A DNA stretch of 64,000 bases from Verrucomicrobiota bacterium (GCA_016200005.1 JACQFP010000066.1:13578-77577), one strand, 5' to 3'; numbered from the stretch's first letter, positions 23,780 to 33,021 are shown. Made by a program: numbers and translations. Notes: generated by a model not told the origin, from the sequence alone.

Positions 23780-24799
23780 TTATGGGCTGGCCCGGCTTGG
23801 CCAGGTTCGGACTTTGTCGGCCAATGCAATCAAACCGGGATCATCGTACTTCAGACCGTAGTAACAAAGCGCGAGCGCAACCTCGCCGTAGTTCACCTTC
23901 TTGATTCCACCGCCAAAGGATTTTTCCTGACCAAGGCCCGTGCGGGTATTGCCGGTGAGGAGCACCTCGCCCGTGGGCAGAATCCGTGTGCGCTGCCAGA
24001 CCATGGAGCGTTCGAGGGCCTCCTCCAGTTTCGGCGCCGGCTGATGCAGGGCCAGCACCTGCCCCATCAGCAGCGAGACGGCGTTGTAGCTGGAGTCCCG
24101 GCCACCGCGTTCAATGAACACCCCGTCGGTATCGCGCCGCTGCAGCGCGGCGGCCACCAGTTTCCGCGACGACGCCTTAAGTCCCTCGTCCTTGAGCACC
24201 ACGCCGCAAAGTCCAAAGGCCTTGGCCGCGATAAGCAGACGATTGGCCGTGTGACCCGCCTTGGGAATAATGCCATCGTAACCAGCCTGCAGGAAGGCAC
24301 ACGCGCGGCGCAGCCGCGGTTCCAAAGCGATGAGGCGCTCGTGAAAATGCGGTTCCAGTGGCGAAGCCCGCACGACCAGAATCGCGTGGCCGAGTTCCTG
24401 CAAATAAAAAAAGGCGGTCTCCACCCGCTCCGGTTGCGTGGGTTCGTGGGTGTCCCCGGGTTTGCGCACGGAACGAAACCCACCGTCTTCGAGCTGATGC
24501 GCGAACGTCGTCTCAATGGATTTCCAGGCCGCATCGGCTCGCGGCACATCGCCGGCGACCACTGCGCCGATCAACATCCAGCAGCCGCCGCGTTGCATAC
24601 CGGCTTCATACCACGAGCTGTTGCGTTTATGGAAACCAATGAAGCCCTGGGCGTCGGGTTCACCGCCCGTCAAGGTGGCCAGAATGTTGGTCGGAAACTG
24701 CCGGAGCAGTTCATACTCCGAGGCGAACGTGGCGGCGGTCAGGTTCGATCCGAAACCGGACGTCAGCCAACAAATCAACAGGAAGGAGATCAACTTCAT
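23780..24799 (-). CDS. Secreted hypothetical protein (helical repeat-like)
   Basis: Signal peptide MKLISFLLICWLTSGFG. No recognised catalytic motif. Confidence 0.6.
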   Translation of the reverse strand: MKLISFLLICWLTSGFGSNLTAATFASEYELLRQFPTNILATLTGGEPDAQGFIGFHKRNSSWYEAGMQRGGCWMLIGAVVAGDVPRADAAWKSIETTFAHQLEDGGFRSVRKPGDTHEPTQPERVETAFFYLQELGHAILVVRASPLEPHFHERLIALEPRLRRACAFLQAGYDGIIPKAGHTANRLLIAAKAFGLCGVVLKDEGLKASSRKLVAAALQRRDTDGVFIERGGRDSSYNAVSLLMGQVLALHQPAPKLEEALERSMVWQRTRILPTGEVLLTGNTRTGLGQEKSFGGGIKKVNYGEVALALCYYGLKYDDPGLIALADKVRTWPSRASP

Positions 24800-24823
24800 A
24801 GGGGTGATGGTATTGGGAATTAA

Positions 24824-25597
24824 TCAAATCGAAGGTGGTCGGTTTGGCGCGCCGCCCGGCAACCCGCTTTTGTCGGCCATGAATTTCAACACGGCCTCGG
24901 AGCGGGAACGCACATGCAGCTTCTCGTAAATGTGTTTGGTGTGAACCCGGACGGTGTGGTAACTGATCGCAAGCTGGTCGGCGATCTCCTTGCTCACCTT
25001 GCCTTGGGAAAGCAGCTCGAGGATTTCTTGTTCCCGTGCGGAAAGTGTCGCCCCATCACCTGCGCCAGGAGTTGGAGACTGAAAGGTCATCACAATCTTG
25101 CGGGCAATCTCACTGGTCATCGGCGCGCCCCCGGTTTGCACGGTGGTCAGTGCCTCCAGGATTTCGCCGGGCGAAGCGCGTTTCAGAAGATAGCCACAGG
25201 CTCCGGCCTTCAGGGCGCTGAAGATGTTGGCCGTGTCTTCGTAAACGGTCAGCATGATGACCTGCATGGCGGGCATCCGCAACTTGAGGCGGGCGGTGCA
25301 TTCGATGCCCGATGCGCCGGGAAGGTTGATGTCCATCAAAACCACGTCGGGCTGGGCGCGGGGAATTTGTTCCAGCGCTTCTTCCGCCGTGCCGCAGGCG
25401 CAAACACAGCGGACGCCGCGCGCCCGGCGCAACATGCGTTCCAGATTGCGGCGCATCGACGCGCTGTCTTCAACCAAGGCGACCGTGATCATACCATCCT
25501 CCTGAGCGGCCAGCGCCGGCCCTTGAGCTTCCTGAGCATCCGCGTTCATAGATGATAAGCGATTGAGACGAGAAATTATTTTCGCCCCGATGCTCAC
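24824..25597 (-). CDS. Two-component response regulator, NarL/LuxR family
   Basis: Receiver VALVEDS...DVVLMDINLPGASG, then HTH LSAREQEILELLSQGKVSKEIADQLAISYHTVRVHTKHIYEKL. Start may be internal (25549 or 25492). Confidence 0.9.
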   Translation of the reverse strand: MSIGAKIISRLNRLSSMNADAQEAQGPALAAQEDGMITVALVEDSASMRRNLERMLRRARGVRCVCACGTAEEALEQIPRAQPDVVLMDINLPGASGIECTARLKLRMPAMQVIMLTVYEDTANIFSALKAGACGYLLKRASPGEILEALTTVQTGGAPMTSEIARKIVMTFQSPTPGAGDGATLSAREQEILELLSQGKVSKEIADQLAISYHTVRVHTKHIYEKLHVRSRSEAVLKFMADKSGLPGGAPNRPPSI

Positions 25598-25645
25598 GGT
25601 GTGCTGCTTTCATTAGGTTCACAATACCTCAATTGAGGTATCCGG

Positions 25646-28600
25646 TTATCTGATTGCGGACGCCTGCAGCGGAATTTTGAAAGTGACCATCGTGCCCTTT
25701 TCCACGTTGCCGGTCAGCTCACAACAACCTCCAAGCTGCTGCAACCGCCGCTGCATATTGTCCAATCCGTCCGCCCCGTTCCGCTGGCGCGGAGCGTCTG
25801 GAGTCAGTCCGCAGCCGTTGTCGCTGACCGTTACCGCGAGCGTTCCGTCGTTGGCGGCAATGCCAAGCCACAAATCCGTCGCACCGGAATGTTGCACGAC
25901 GTTGCTGAGCGCTTCCTTGAACGCGAGGAACAGGCTGTGGCGTTGTTCGGCGTTCAGCGGCGCAGCCGGGAGGTCCCTGGCCACGTCCAGATGGCACCGC
26001 ACGGACGTCGCCTTCATAAAATGCTGCGCAAACTGGCAAAAGTAGCTGGCCAGCGACGACACATTGTCGTGCTTGGGATTGACGGCCCAGACAATTTCGT
26101 CCAGCGCGGTCACCATCTCGCGCGCCCGCGTGCCGATCTCCCGTGTGTGTTCGCGCACTTCGTCCGGGCCGAGCGCCGCGTCTTGCGCCAATTCGCTGCC
26201 AAAGTTGATTTCGACAAGTCCCGCGCCCAAATCGTCATGCAGGTCCTGCGCGATGCGCGTCCGCTCGCGCTCTAAGACCTGCTGCTGTTCCAGCCGCTCG
26301 AGCTTGCGCCGATACCGCCGCCGCATGCCCAGCAACACTCCGCCGCCCAACAGGCCAGCGGCGGATGCGGCCGCGGTCACACGGAACCAAACCGCCTCCC
26401 ACAGATGCGGCACGACCGTGAGTGCGACCGAGGCACCGACTTCATTCCAAATTCCGTTTTGGTTGCAAGCGGTCACGCGGAAGCGGTAGTCCCCGGGAGG
26501 AATGTGGGGGTAACGCGCGATCCGCACAGCGCCGGCATCCACCCAGTCCTGATCCAAGCCCACCAGTTGGTAACGGAAAGTCACGTTCTCCGGCGACGCC
26601 AGACTCAACGCCGTGAATTCAAATCCCATGCGGTTGACTCCGGGACCGAGACGCAACGGAGTCGGAAGCTCGCCCCGTGGGATGACAGCGCCGGCCTCCG
26701 GCTCGGTACTGCGTGCGCCTATCCCACGGGGCAAGCGCAAGCTGGCTGGAGCCGGCTCATTGGTCAGGCCGGGTCGACCCAGGGTATCATAAGTGGCGGC
26801 AATCTGACCGTTGACCGTCAGGCGTTCGATGATGACCGGTGGTGGCAGCGGGTTTTTGCGAAGGGAATGTGGTTCGACTATTGCCAAGCCGGTCAGCATG
26901 GGCATCAGTAAGCGACCATCCCGGGTGCGACTGGCAACGGGACAGATTCCAAAAGCGGCCTGCAAGTTGGGCACGCCTTCCCCGCGTCCCAAGATCACGG
27001 ACTTCACGCGCGAAGCGCGGCCCTCGGCCACGGCTGCCAGCTCGGACCGAGCGATCCGAAAAATGCCCCGATTGCCGGCGATCCATAGCCGACCAAGATC
27101 ATCGGAAAGAATTTGCGAGACGTATTCGTCCCACAAACCGTGCTCGGTGCGGAACTGAAAATAACGTCCGTTCTTCAGCCAGCCCAATCCTTGTCCGACA
27201 AAACCAAACCAGAGGCTGCCATCGCTGGTTGCCTGCAAACAACGGATGTGTTGCGGGCCGCTCATGATATTCGTGGTCTCATCGATGATTGCATCCTGGT
27301 GAACGCGTAGCAGCAGGCCATCAGAAGTAGTGCCCATCCACAAATCGCCGCTGGCGTCCTCGGCCATGGTGCGAACATCGCTGGCCCCGTCGGGCAATGG
27401 AAAATACCTCAGACTGCCGTCGTACAAACGGAGGCGGGCCACGCCGGCATTGACGGCGATCCACAGATCCCCGTTGGTGCTGATGTAAAGGGCGCGGATG
27501 GAGAGATCCGTCAATTGATGATTGAGGGCCAGAGGGACAAAAGCGCCGTTCTGATGCCGAAAAACTCCCTTCTCCCGCGTGCCGACGAGAACGTCGCCGT
27601 GGAGATCGGCGGCCACGCAGGCAACTCGTCCGCCACGCCAACCGCCGTTGTTCGAAACCAGATGCCAGACGCTGTTGCTCCGACACGCCAGCGCTCCGTT
27701 TTGCCCCGCCGCCCAGAGCGTGCCCGTCGCATCCTCACAAGCGGACTGGACGGCGGCGAACGGCAGACCGGCCGCCGGGCCCACGAGTTGCACCGCGCGA
27801 GGACTCAGACGATTGAGGCCGCCGCCGCGGGTGCCGACCCAGAGATCGCCTTCGGAGTCCTCAGAAATGTTTGTGATGATCGGATTCGAAGTGCCCACAC
27901 TTTGGATGCCTTGCGAATCATATCGAAAGAGTCCGTCCGACGCGGTGCCCATCCATAAGCCGCGAGCCTTATCTTCATACAACGCGGTCACATCCGCCTC
28001 CGTGCGCCCGGGTTCAAGCTTCAGTTCTGCGACTGCCGCCAATTTGCTCCCCTCGTGATACCGATACAATTTCAAGCCCGAGCAAAGCCAGATGCCGCCT
28101 TGCCGCGCCGCGGCCAGGCGGGTGGATTGCCGCCCCAAGGTTAACAAAGTCACGAAGCGGCCGTTCCGAAATACGCCCACGCTGCCGGATTGAGAAAACC
28201 AGAGCTGGCCCTGGACGTCGGTCGTCAGCCAACAGAAACCTTGTTCAGCCAGTCCATCGGCCGTTCCAAAGCCCTGCACTTTTCCCGCTTGAATCCGGAA
28301 AACGGCACCGGCGCTGACACTGACCCAAATGCTCCCGTTTCCATCCTCGGCCATGGCCCGGGCTTGCGACCCTGGTAATGTCCCCGTCAAAGCAAAAACC
28401 TGTGTAACCCTGCCCTCATCCACGCAGATGACCGCTCCGCCGTCCTTTGCCAGCCACAATCGACCGCGCCGATCCAGCAGCATGGCGCGGATCTGCGCCG
28501 CGGTCCCGGCGGGCATGGCCGGGGCGAATTCCTGGAACCGCACCCCATCAAACCGGGCCAGCGCCCGATGCGTGGCGACCCACAAATAACCGTCGGGTGT

Positions 28601-28765
28601 TTGCTCCAAACCAACAATCGTGTGCTCCGGCAAGCCGTCCTCCGTCTGCCAGACGCGGGCGAACCATGCCGGATCCGTAGCCGCGCCCAGTGGGAGGGAG
28701 AAGAAAATCAAAATCAGACCTGCAAATCGCCACCAAGGGAAATGGCAAATCATCGGCTTGAACAC
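25646..28765 (-). CDS. Sensor histidine kinase with periplasmic two-component-regulator propeller/Y_Y_Y region, HisKA_3 and HATPase_c
   Basis: Repeated G.LW.GT..GL propeller motifs, a TM segment, RIAQDLHDDLGAGL (H-box) and a C-terminal ATPase with DNGCG. Confidence 0.9.
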   Translation of the reverse strand: MFKPMICHFPWWRFAGLILIFFSLPLGAATDPAWFARVWQTEDGLPEHTIVGLEQTPDGYLWVATHRALARFDGVRFQEFAPAMPAGTAAQIRAMLLDRRGRLWLAKDGGAVICVDEGRVTQVFALTGTLPGSQARAMAEDGNGSIWVSVSAGAVFRIQAGKVQGFGTADGLAEQGFCWLTTDVQGQLWFSQSGSVGVFRNGRFVTLLTLGRQSTRLAAARQGGIWLCSGLKLYRYHEGSKLAAVAELKLEPGRTEADVTALYEDKARGLWMGTASDGLFRYDSQGIQSVGTSNPIITNISEDSEGDLWVGTRGGGLNRLSPRAVQLVGPAAGLPFAAVQSACEDATGTLWAAGQNGALACRSNSVWHLVSNNGGWRGGRVACVAADLHGDVLVGTREKGVFRHQNGAFVPLALNHQLTDLSIRALYISTNGDLWIAVNAGVARLRLYDGSLRYFPLPDGASDVRTMAEDASGDLWMGTTSDGLLLRVHQDAIIDETTNIMSGPQHIRCLQATSDGSLWFGFVGQGLGWLKNGRYFQFRTEHGLWDEYVSQILSDDLGRLWIAGNRGIFRIARSELAAVAEGRASRVKSVILGRGEGVPNLQAAFGICPVASRTRDGRLLMPMLTGLAIVEPHSLRKNPLPPPVIIERLTVNGQIAATYDTLGRPGLTNEPAPASLRLPRGIGARSTEPEAGAVIPRGELPTPLRLGPGVNRMGFEFTALSLASPENVTFRYQLVGLDQDWVDAGAVRIARYPHIPPGDYRFRVTACNQNGIWNEVGASVALTVVPHLWEAVWFRVTAAASAAGLLGGGVLLGMRRRYRRKLERLEQQQVLERERTRIAQDLHDDLGAGLVEINFGSELAQDAALGPDEVREHTREIGTRAREMVTALDEIVWAVNPKHDNVSSLASYFCQFAQHFMKATSVRCHLDVARDLPAAPLNAEQRHSLFLAFKEALSNVVQHSGATDLWLGIAANDGTLAVTVSDNGCGLTPDAPRQRNGADGLDNMQRRLQQLGGCCELTGNVEKGTMVTFKIPLQASAIR
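26668..26736. repeat. Family B palindromic element, copy 2 (intragenic, in frame)
   Basis: GCCCCGTGGGAT (26672-26683) and ATCCCACGGGGC (26721-26732). The core is 61 bp, the same length as copies 1 and 3. Confidence 0.8.
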
Positions 28766-29183
28766 AGCAACAGTTTAATCCCTTGAATATTCAGCAGCAA
28801 GACGCAAGCGAATCAACTTTGGTTTCACGATAGAAATTCCCTGGCCGCGCGTCGCCGTGAGCGTTGATGGTGGACAACCGGAGAAACGTGCACCTGGATT
28901 TTAAGCGCAATGGCGCAACCCCGCAAAGGTTGCATGGTAAACCAATCGAGAAAACCAACGGGGCAAGAACCAATAGCCGCAAGTGGACCTGCGGTATGCG
29001 AAAGCAAGCACCTCCGCTTCGGCATCCTGTGTGCAACGCTGAAAACCAGTACCGTCCTGAAAATACAGTCGGAATGGTCCGACCGTGTTCAATCGTTGCG
29101 AAGCGACGTGATTCCCCCGACGATAAAGCCGCTTTGCCCGTTCAACCAGACCCCCGAGTTGCGCCCGGTGTTGTTTTTACTTT

Positions 29184-29211
29184 TTGACAGAGGTGGCGTG
29201 CCGCTTATATC
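29184..29211 (+). promoter_or_regulatory. Candidate sigma-70 promoter for tRNA-Glu
   Basis: TTGACA (29184-29189), 16-nt spacer, TATATC (29206-29211), about 17 nt upstream of the tRNA 5-prime end. Confidence 0.35.
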
Positions 29212-29227
29212 TTCACGCGCCTTTGAC

Positions 29228-29302
29228 GACCCTATGGTCTAGCGGTTAGGACACCACCCTTTCACGGTGGTAGCCCGGGTTCGATTCCCGGTAGGGTCGC
29301 CA
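29228..29302 (+). tRNA. tRNA-Glu (anticodon TTC), CCA encoded, copy 1
   Basis: Acceptor GACCCTA/TAGGGTC. Anticodon arm CCACC-CTTTCAC-GGTGG. T-arm CCCGGGTTCGATTCCCGG. Confidence 0.92.
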
Positions 29303-29386
29303 TAATTTGTTAATCTTCATCTTGATCTTTCTCTTAATCGGTCTTCGCAGCTCAAGCGCGAAAACGCTTTTCCTCGGCGCTGCCGG

Positions 29387-30703
29387 GTGGCAAGCTGCGC
29401 CGCAATCATGGCAAGATCATCCGAACGCGGCAAAAAGCCCATCGAGCAATACGATCACAAGGGCAAGAAGCGCGCGAACAATCCGCTTGCCCACGAAGCC
29501 GAAGGCGTGGGCAGCGGTTTCCGTTACAAGACCGTCCCGCACGTCACGCTCAAGAGCATCGCCAACAATGAAGCGGCGGATCAGGAGACGCTTTACGACC
29601 AGCCGCTCGTGGACAATTCCAAGACCCGCGTGACCGGGCCGTTCACGGTGGAAGCCGTCCCCGCGCCGATGGTGAAGTCGCTGGATGAGGTGGCGGGGGA
29701 GAGCGCCGCTTCCCCTGAACCTCGTAGCAGCGGACGTGAGTCCGCTCCATCTTCCGCCGGAAAAAGTCAGAGCCGACTCACGTCGGCTGCTACGAATCAA
29801 GAGTTCACCGCCGATGCCTCGGTCGCGCGCAGCGGCGAGACGGTGCGGCAGGACGAGTGGCGCAGCGAGTTGCTCCGCGCCGGCATCCGCGGCAAGGGCG
29901 GGCAGATGATTCGTTTCTCCCGCGTCGAACCGCTCTCCGGCACACGCTGGCTTCATGCCGACGCCGAAACCAAAGTGAACGATGACGGGGTGGACAAGTT
30001 GCGTGAAGGAGCGGCGACCGAGCGTCAGCGCGTCGTGATTTCCTTCGGGCCGGAGCACGCGCCGCTGGAGCAAAAGCAGGTCGAACGCGCTTACGAGGAG
30101 TCGAAGACGCTCGTGCCCCGCCCGCAGATTCTCATCTTCGCCGCGTTTCAATTCGACCCGGAAGCGGCCAAGGACATTGACGAGACGAGGATTCCCGGCA
30201 TCACGCTGTTGAAGCCGCAGATGAACGCGGATTTGCTCACGGAAGATTTGAAGAAGAAGCGCACGAGCAACGAAAGTTTCTGGCTCATCGGCCAGCCGGA
30301 CGTGCGGCTGCGCCAATGCAAAATTAAAAATGAAAAATTAAAAAAGACGAAAGCCGGTGCGGAGCAACTGTGGGAAGTCGAGGTGGCTGGGTTTGATTAC
30401 TACGACACGAAGACCGGGCAGATCGTGTCGGGCGGCGCGGCGCAAATCGCGGTCTGGATGCTCGACACAGATTATGACGGGCGGAGTCTGTTTGCGCGGC
30501 AGGTGTTCTTCCCGATGGCCGGGGACAAGGAGGGCTGGTCAAAACTGGCGAAGAATCTCAAAGCGGAGATTGACGAGACGGCGATTGAAGCCTACCGCGG
30601 CACCGTGTCGTTGCCGTTCGCGCCGGGCAAGCATGGCCGCGTGGCGGTGAAAATCGTGGACGACCGGGGGATTGAGAGTTTGAAGATTCTGGAACTGGCG
30701 TGA
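29387..30703 (+). CDS. C-terminal region of a type III-like RM methyltransferase (Mod) without a catalytic domain; probable remnant
   Basis: GFRYKTVPHVTLKSIANN...ETLYDQP...RVTGPFTVEAVPAP and terminal GRVAVKIVDDRGIES resemble Mod C-terminal regions. No (D/N)PP(Y/F) or FxGxG motif anywhere in the 438 aa. Confidence 0.55.
   Translation: MASCAAIMARSSERGKKPIEQYDHKGKKRANNPLAHEAEGVGSGFRYKTVPHVTLKSIANNEAADQETLYDQPLVDNSKTRVTGPFTVEAVPAPMVKSLDEVAGESAASPEPRSSGRESAPSSAGKSQSRLTSAATNQEFTADASVARSGETVRQDEWRSELLRAGIRGKGGQMIRFSRVEPLSGTRWLHADAETKVNDDGVDKLREGAATERQRVVISFGPEHAPLEQKQVERAYEESKTLVPRPQILIFAAFQFDPEAAKDIDETRIPGITLLKPQMNADLLTEDLKKKRTSNESFWLIGQPDVRLRQCKIKNEKLKKTKAGAEQLWEVEVAGFDYYDTKTGQIVSGGAAQIAVWMLDTDYDGRSLFARQVFFPMAGDKEGWSKLAKNLKAEIDETAIEAYRGTVSLPFAPGKHGRVAVKIVDDRGIESLKILELA
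29724..29793. repeat. Family A double-hairpin palindromic element, copy 2 (intragenic, in frame)
   Basis: GTAGCAGCGGACGTGAGTCCGCTC CCATCT...AGTCAGAG CCGACTCACGTCGGCTGCTAC. Confidence 0.8.
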
Positions 30704-30706
30704 GTT

Positions 30707-31744
30707 ATGGCCGGAAAACCCCAACCAAATTCTGAAATCATCCTTTATCAAACGGAGGACGGGCGGACGCGTGTCCAGTGCCGATTCGAGAATGAGAATG
30801 TCTGGATGACGCAGGCGCTGATGGCGGAACTCTTCCAGACGACTCCGCAGAACATCACGCTGCATTTGAAAACCATTTACGAGGAGGGCGAACTGGCGGA
30901 GGCGGCAACTTGTAAGGATTACTTACAAGTTCGGGAGGAAGGCGCGCGACAGGTGCAACGGGCGTTACGGCATTACAACCTCGAAGCGATTCTGGCCGTC
31001 GGCTACCGCGTCCGTTCGCCGCGCGGAACGGCCTTTCGCCAGTGGGCGACGGCGCGGCTGAAGGAATATCTCGTGAAAGGTTTCACGATGGATGACGAGC
31101 GGTTGAAGAATCCGCCGGGCAAGGGGCACAAGGATTATTTCGACGAACTGCTGGAGCGCATCCGGGACATCCGCTCCTCGGAACGGCGTTTCTACCAGAA
31201 GGTGCTGGATATTTACGCGACGAGCGTGGACTACGATCCGTCGGCGGAGGCGTCGCAATTGTTCTTTGCCACGGTGCAGAACAAGATGCACTGGGCGACG
31301 CACGGCCACACGGCGGCGGAACTGATCCATGAGCGGGCCGACGCCGGGAAACCGTTCATGGGGATGCTCACCACGCGCCCCGGCGGACGCGTGCGGAAAG
31401 AGGACGCGGCGATTGCCAAGAATTACCTCACCGAGGACGAGTTGAAGGTGCTCAACCGCATCGTGAACCTCTACCTCGAATACGCGGAGTTGCAGGCGCT
31501 GGAGCGGAAACCGATGACGATGCGCGACTGGATTGCGAAACTGGACGAGTTTTTGAAAATGTCCGGGCGCAAGCTGCTGGATCACTCCGGGAAGATTTCC
31601 AACGAGGAGGCGGTGAAGAAGGCGCAAATGGAATACGCAAAATTCCGCGCCATTGAGGACACCAAACCCACCGCCGTTGACAAGGCATTCGAGGAAGCAG
31701 CGAAGAAATTAAAACCGCCCGGCAAAAGGCGGAAGAAAGCCTGA
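30707..31744 (+). CDS. rhuM: RhuM-family protein
   Basis: IILYQTEDGRTRVQCRFENENVWMTQALMAELFQTT.QNITLHLKTIYEEGEL...AVGYRVRS.RGT.FRQWAT..LKEYLVKGF.MDDERLK. The position between mod and res is a known arrangement. Confidence 0.8.
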   Translation: MAGKPQPNSEIILYQTEDGRTRVQCRFENENVWMTQALMAELFQTTPQNITLHLKTIYEEGELAEAATCKDYLQVREEGARQVQRALRHYNLEAILAVGYRVRSPRGTAFRQWATARLKEYLVKGFTMDDERLKNPPGKGHKDYFDELLERIRDIRSSERRFYQKVLDIYATSVDYDPSAEASQLFFATVQNKMHWATHGHTAAELIHERADAGKPFMGMLTTRPGGRVRKEDAAIAKNYLTEDELKVLNRIVNLYLEYAELQALERKPMTMRDWIAKLDEFLKMSGRKLLDHSGKISNEEAVKKAQMEYAKFRAIEDTKPTAVDKAFEEAAKKLKPPGKRRKKA

Positions 31745-31748
31745 CTGC

Positions 31749-31922
31749 ATGGCGACGAAAGGCATCACCCACCTCATCGTCAATTCGCCCTACGACGAGC
31801 CGAAGCATCACTGGCAGTATCACCGGGAGACGCAGAAGTTTTCGCTCAAGGCCGGGCGTCGCCCGGCGGGTTACGTCATCGCGTCGGAAAGTTCCAAGGC
31901 GTTCGACGACCCTACAGTTTAG
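31749..31922 (+). pseudogene. 5-prime remnant (57 codons) of a type III restriction Res/helicase gene, cut off by tRNA-Glu copy 2
   Basis: MATKGITHLIVNSPYDEPKHHWQYHRETQKF...GRRPAGYV resembles Res N-termini from memory. The ORF runs into the tRNA and stops at TAG 31920-31922. Confidence 0.45.
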
Positions 31923-31982
31923 CGGTTAGGACACCACCCTTTCACGGTGGTAGCCCGGGTTCGATTCCCGGTAGGGTCGCCA
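31908..31982 (+). tRNA. tRNA-Glu (anticodon TTC), copy 2; differs from copy 1 at positions 8, 9 and 12
   Basis: Identical to copy 1 except TG GTCT becomes CA GTTT. The U8-to-C change may impair function. Confidence 0.75.
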
Positions 31983-32256
31983 ATGTCTTCAATGGTTTTC
32001 GATCAGAATATAGATTTTCCGAACAGTTTTCTTGGTAATTCCTCCCATGACGACCCAGACTTTACAAAGCTTATCAAAACGCGGCAATGCCCTAGTCAAA
32101 GGTTTGGTGGCGGACGAGGGGGAATTCAACGCCGCGTGAACAAGGTCCGAATTTAGCGAGTGGCTGCGAGACCTGGAAACCATGCTCGCTGCAAAGAATT
32201 GATCGGATTGTAAGAGATTAAGCTGCCCTGCCGAAAGGTTGGGGCGCTTTTTGTGC

Positions 32257-32895
32257 TTAGTGCGCTTCTACAAGACGTTTGAAAAGCAGTGTCAGCACAA
32301 TTCCAACTGCTGTTGATATTATTGCGACAGTGATTTTGTCGGAGTTTCGCTTCCAAAAGTTCGGGGCGTCGATTCGGTATCTTGGGATGATAACAGAATA
32401 CCTGTTGAATCGCTCATGAAATGCCCACCTGCCCCACCAAACACATCCAAGCCAAAGGATTGCCGTTACGGTCAAGCCCATCCAGTCTACAAAAGCTGCC
32501 ATGGAAACAAAAGCTCCGAAACAAATGCCGCTAGCGACCGCTGGCGTCGATAGGTTCATAAGCTTTGCAGTCGGAGGCGGGTGATCTGTCAGAATGCGTT
32601 TAACCTTTTCGAAAACGCCACGAGATTCAGCGGTATCTTTGCCAATGTAGAGCCATATCTGGTTCTTCTCCAGTTTCAGCGAGACGAATGGACTTTTTGC
32701 CGAGATTTGCATATTGGTAAAATAGTCCCTTTTCATTTCCGCCCATTCTTTCAAGTCCTCAAATCGCTGCTCTTCAGTGGACAACTCAACATCGGATGAA
32801 ACTTCTCGCATTGCCTCGACGATCTTCTCGATATCATCTCGGTAAAGTAGCACTGGCTTGAGATGTTCACCGTGTGATTGGATAATACGTTCCAT
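32257..32895 (-). CDS. Hypothetical membrane protein (soluble N-terminal ~110 aa plus about 3 TM helices) in a low-GC islet
   Basis: Only long ORF in the ~35-40% GC segment 31983..33021. Hydrophobic stretches VASGICFGAFVSMAAFV, LTVTAILWLGCVWWG and ITVAIISTAVGIVLTLLF. Confidence 0.6.
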   Translation of the reverse strand: MERIIQSHGEHLKPVLLYRDDIEKIVEAMREVSSDVELSTEEQRFEDLKEWAEMKRDYFTNMQISAKSPFVSLKLEKNQIWLYIGKDTAESRGVFEKVKRILTDHPPPTAKLMNLSTPAVASGICFGAFVSMAAFVDWMGLTVTAILWLGCVWWGRWAFHERFNRYSVIIPRYRIDAPNFWKRNSDKITVAIISTAVGIVLTLLFKRLVEAH

Positions 32896-33021
32896 TCGCT
32901 AATTGGAGTGCCACGTAAAATATTGACAGGGATTTGAATGTGTTTCAAGGGAAACTGACGCCAAAACACACCTTGGGACAAGTCTAGCTTTTTCGGGCAA
33001 CGCCGGTTTTCCTTTCAATCA

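Noticed and set aside
23615-24823. 402-aa plus-strand ORF
   Set aside because: It is antisense to the signal-peptide-bearing 23780..24799 gene, is low complexity and Arg-rich, and crosses an intergenic gap.
28766-29183. Possible ncRNA or small ORFs in the ~460-bp region upstream of tRNA-Glu
   Set aside because: I saw no match to the tmRNA, SRP, RNase P or 6S hallmarks I can recognise. The small ORFs overlap on both strands and have no motifs. Only a weak promoter call was kept.
30317-30352. AT-rich patch (TGCAAAATTAAAAATGAAAAATTAAAAAAGACGAAAG) inside the Mod-like ORF, encoding CKIKNEKLKKTK
   Set aside because: It stands out in composition and could be another small insertion. However, it occurs once in the window and has no terminal repeats, so the support is insufficient.
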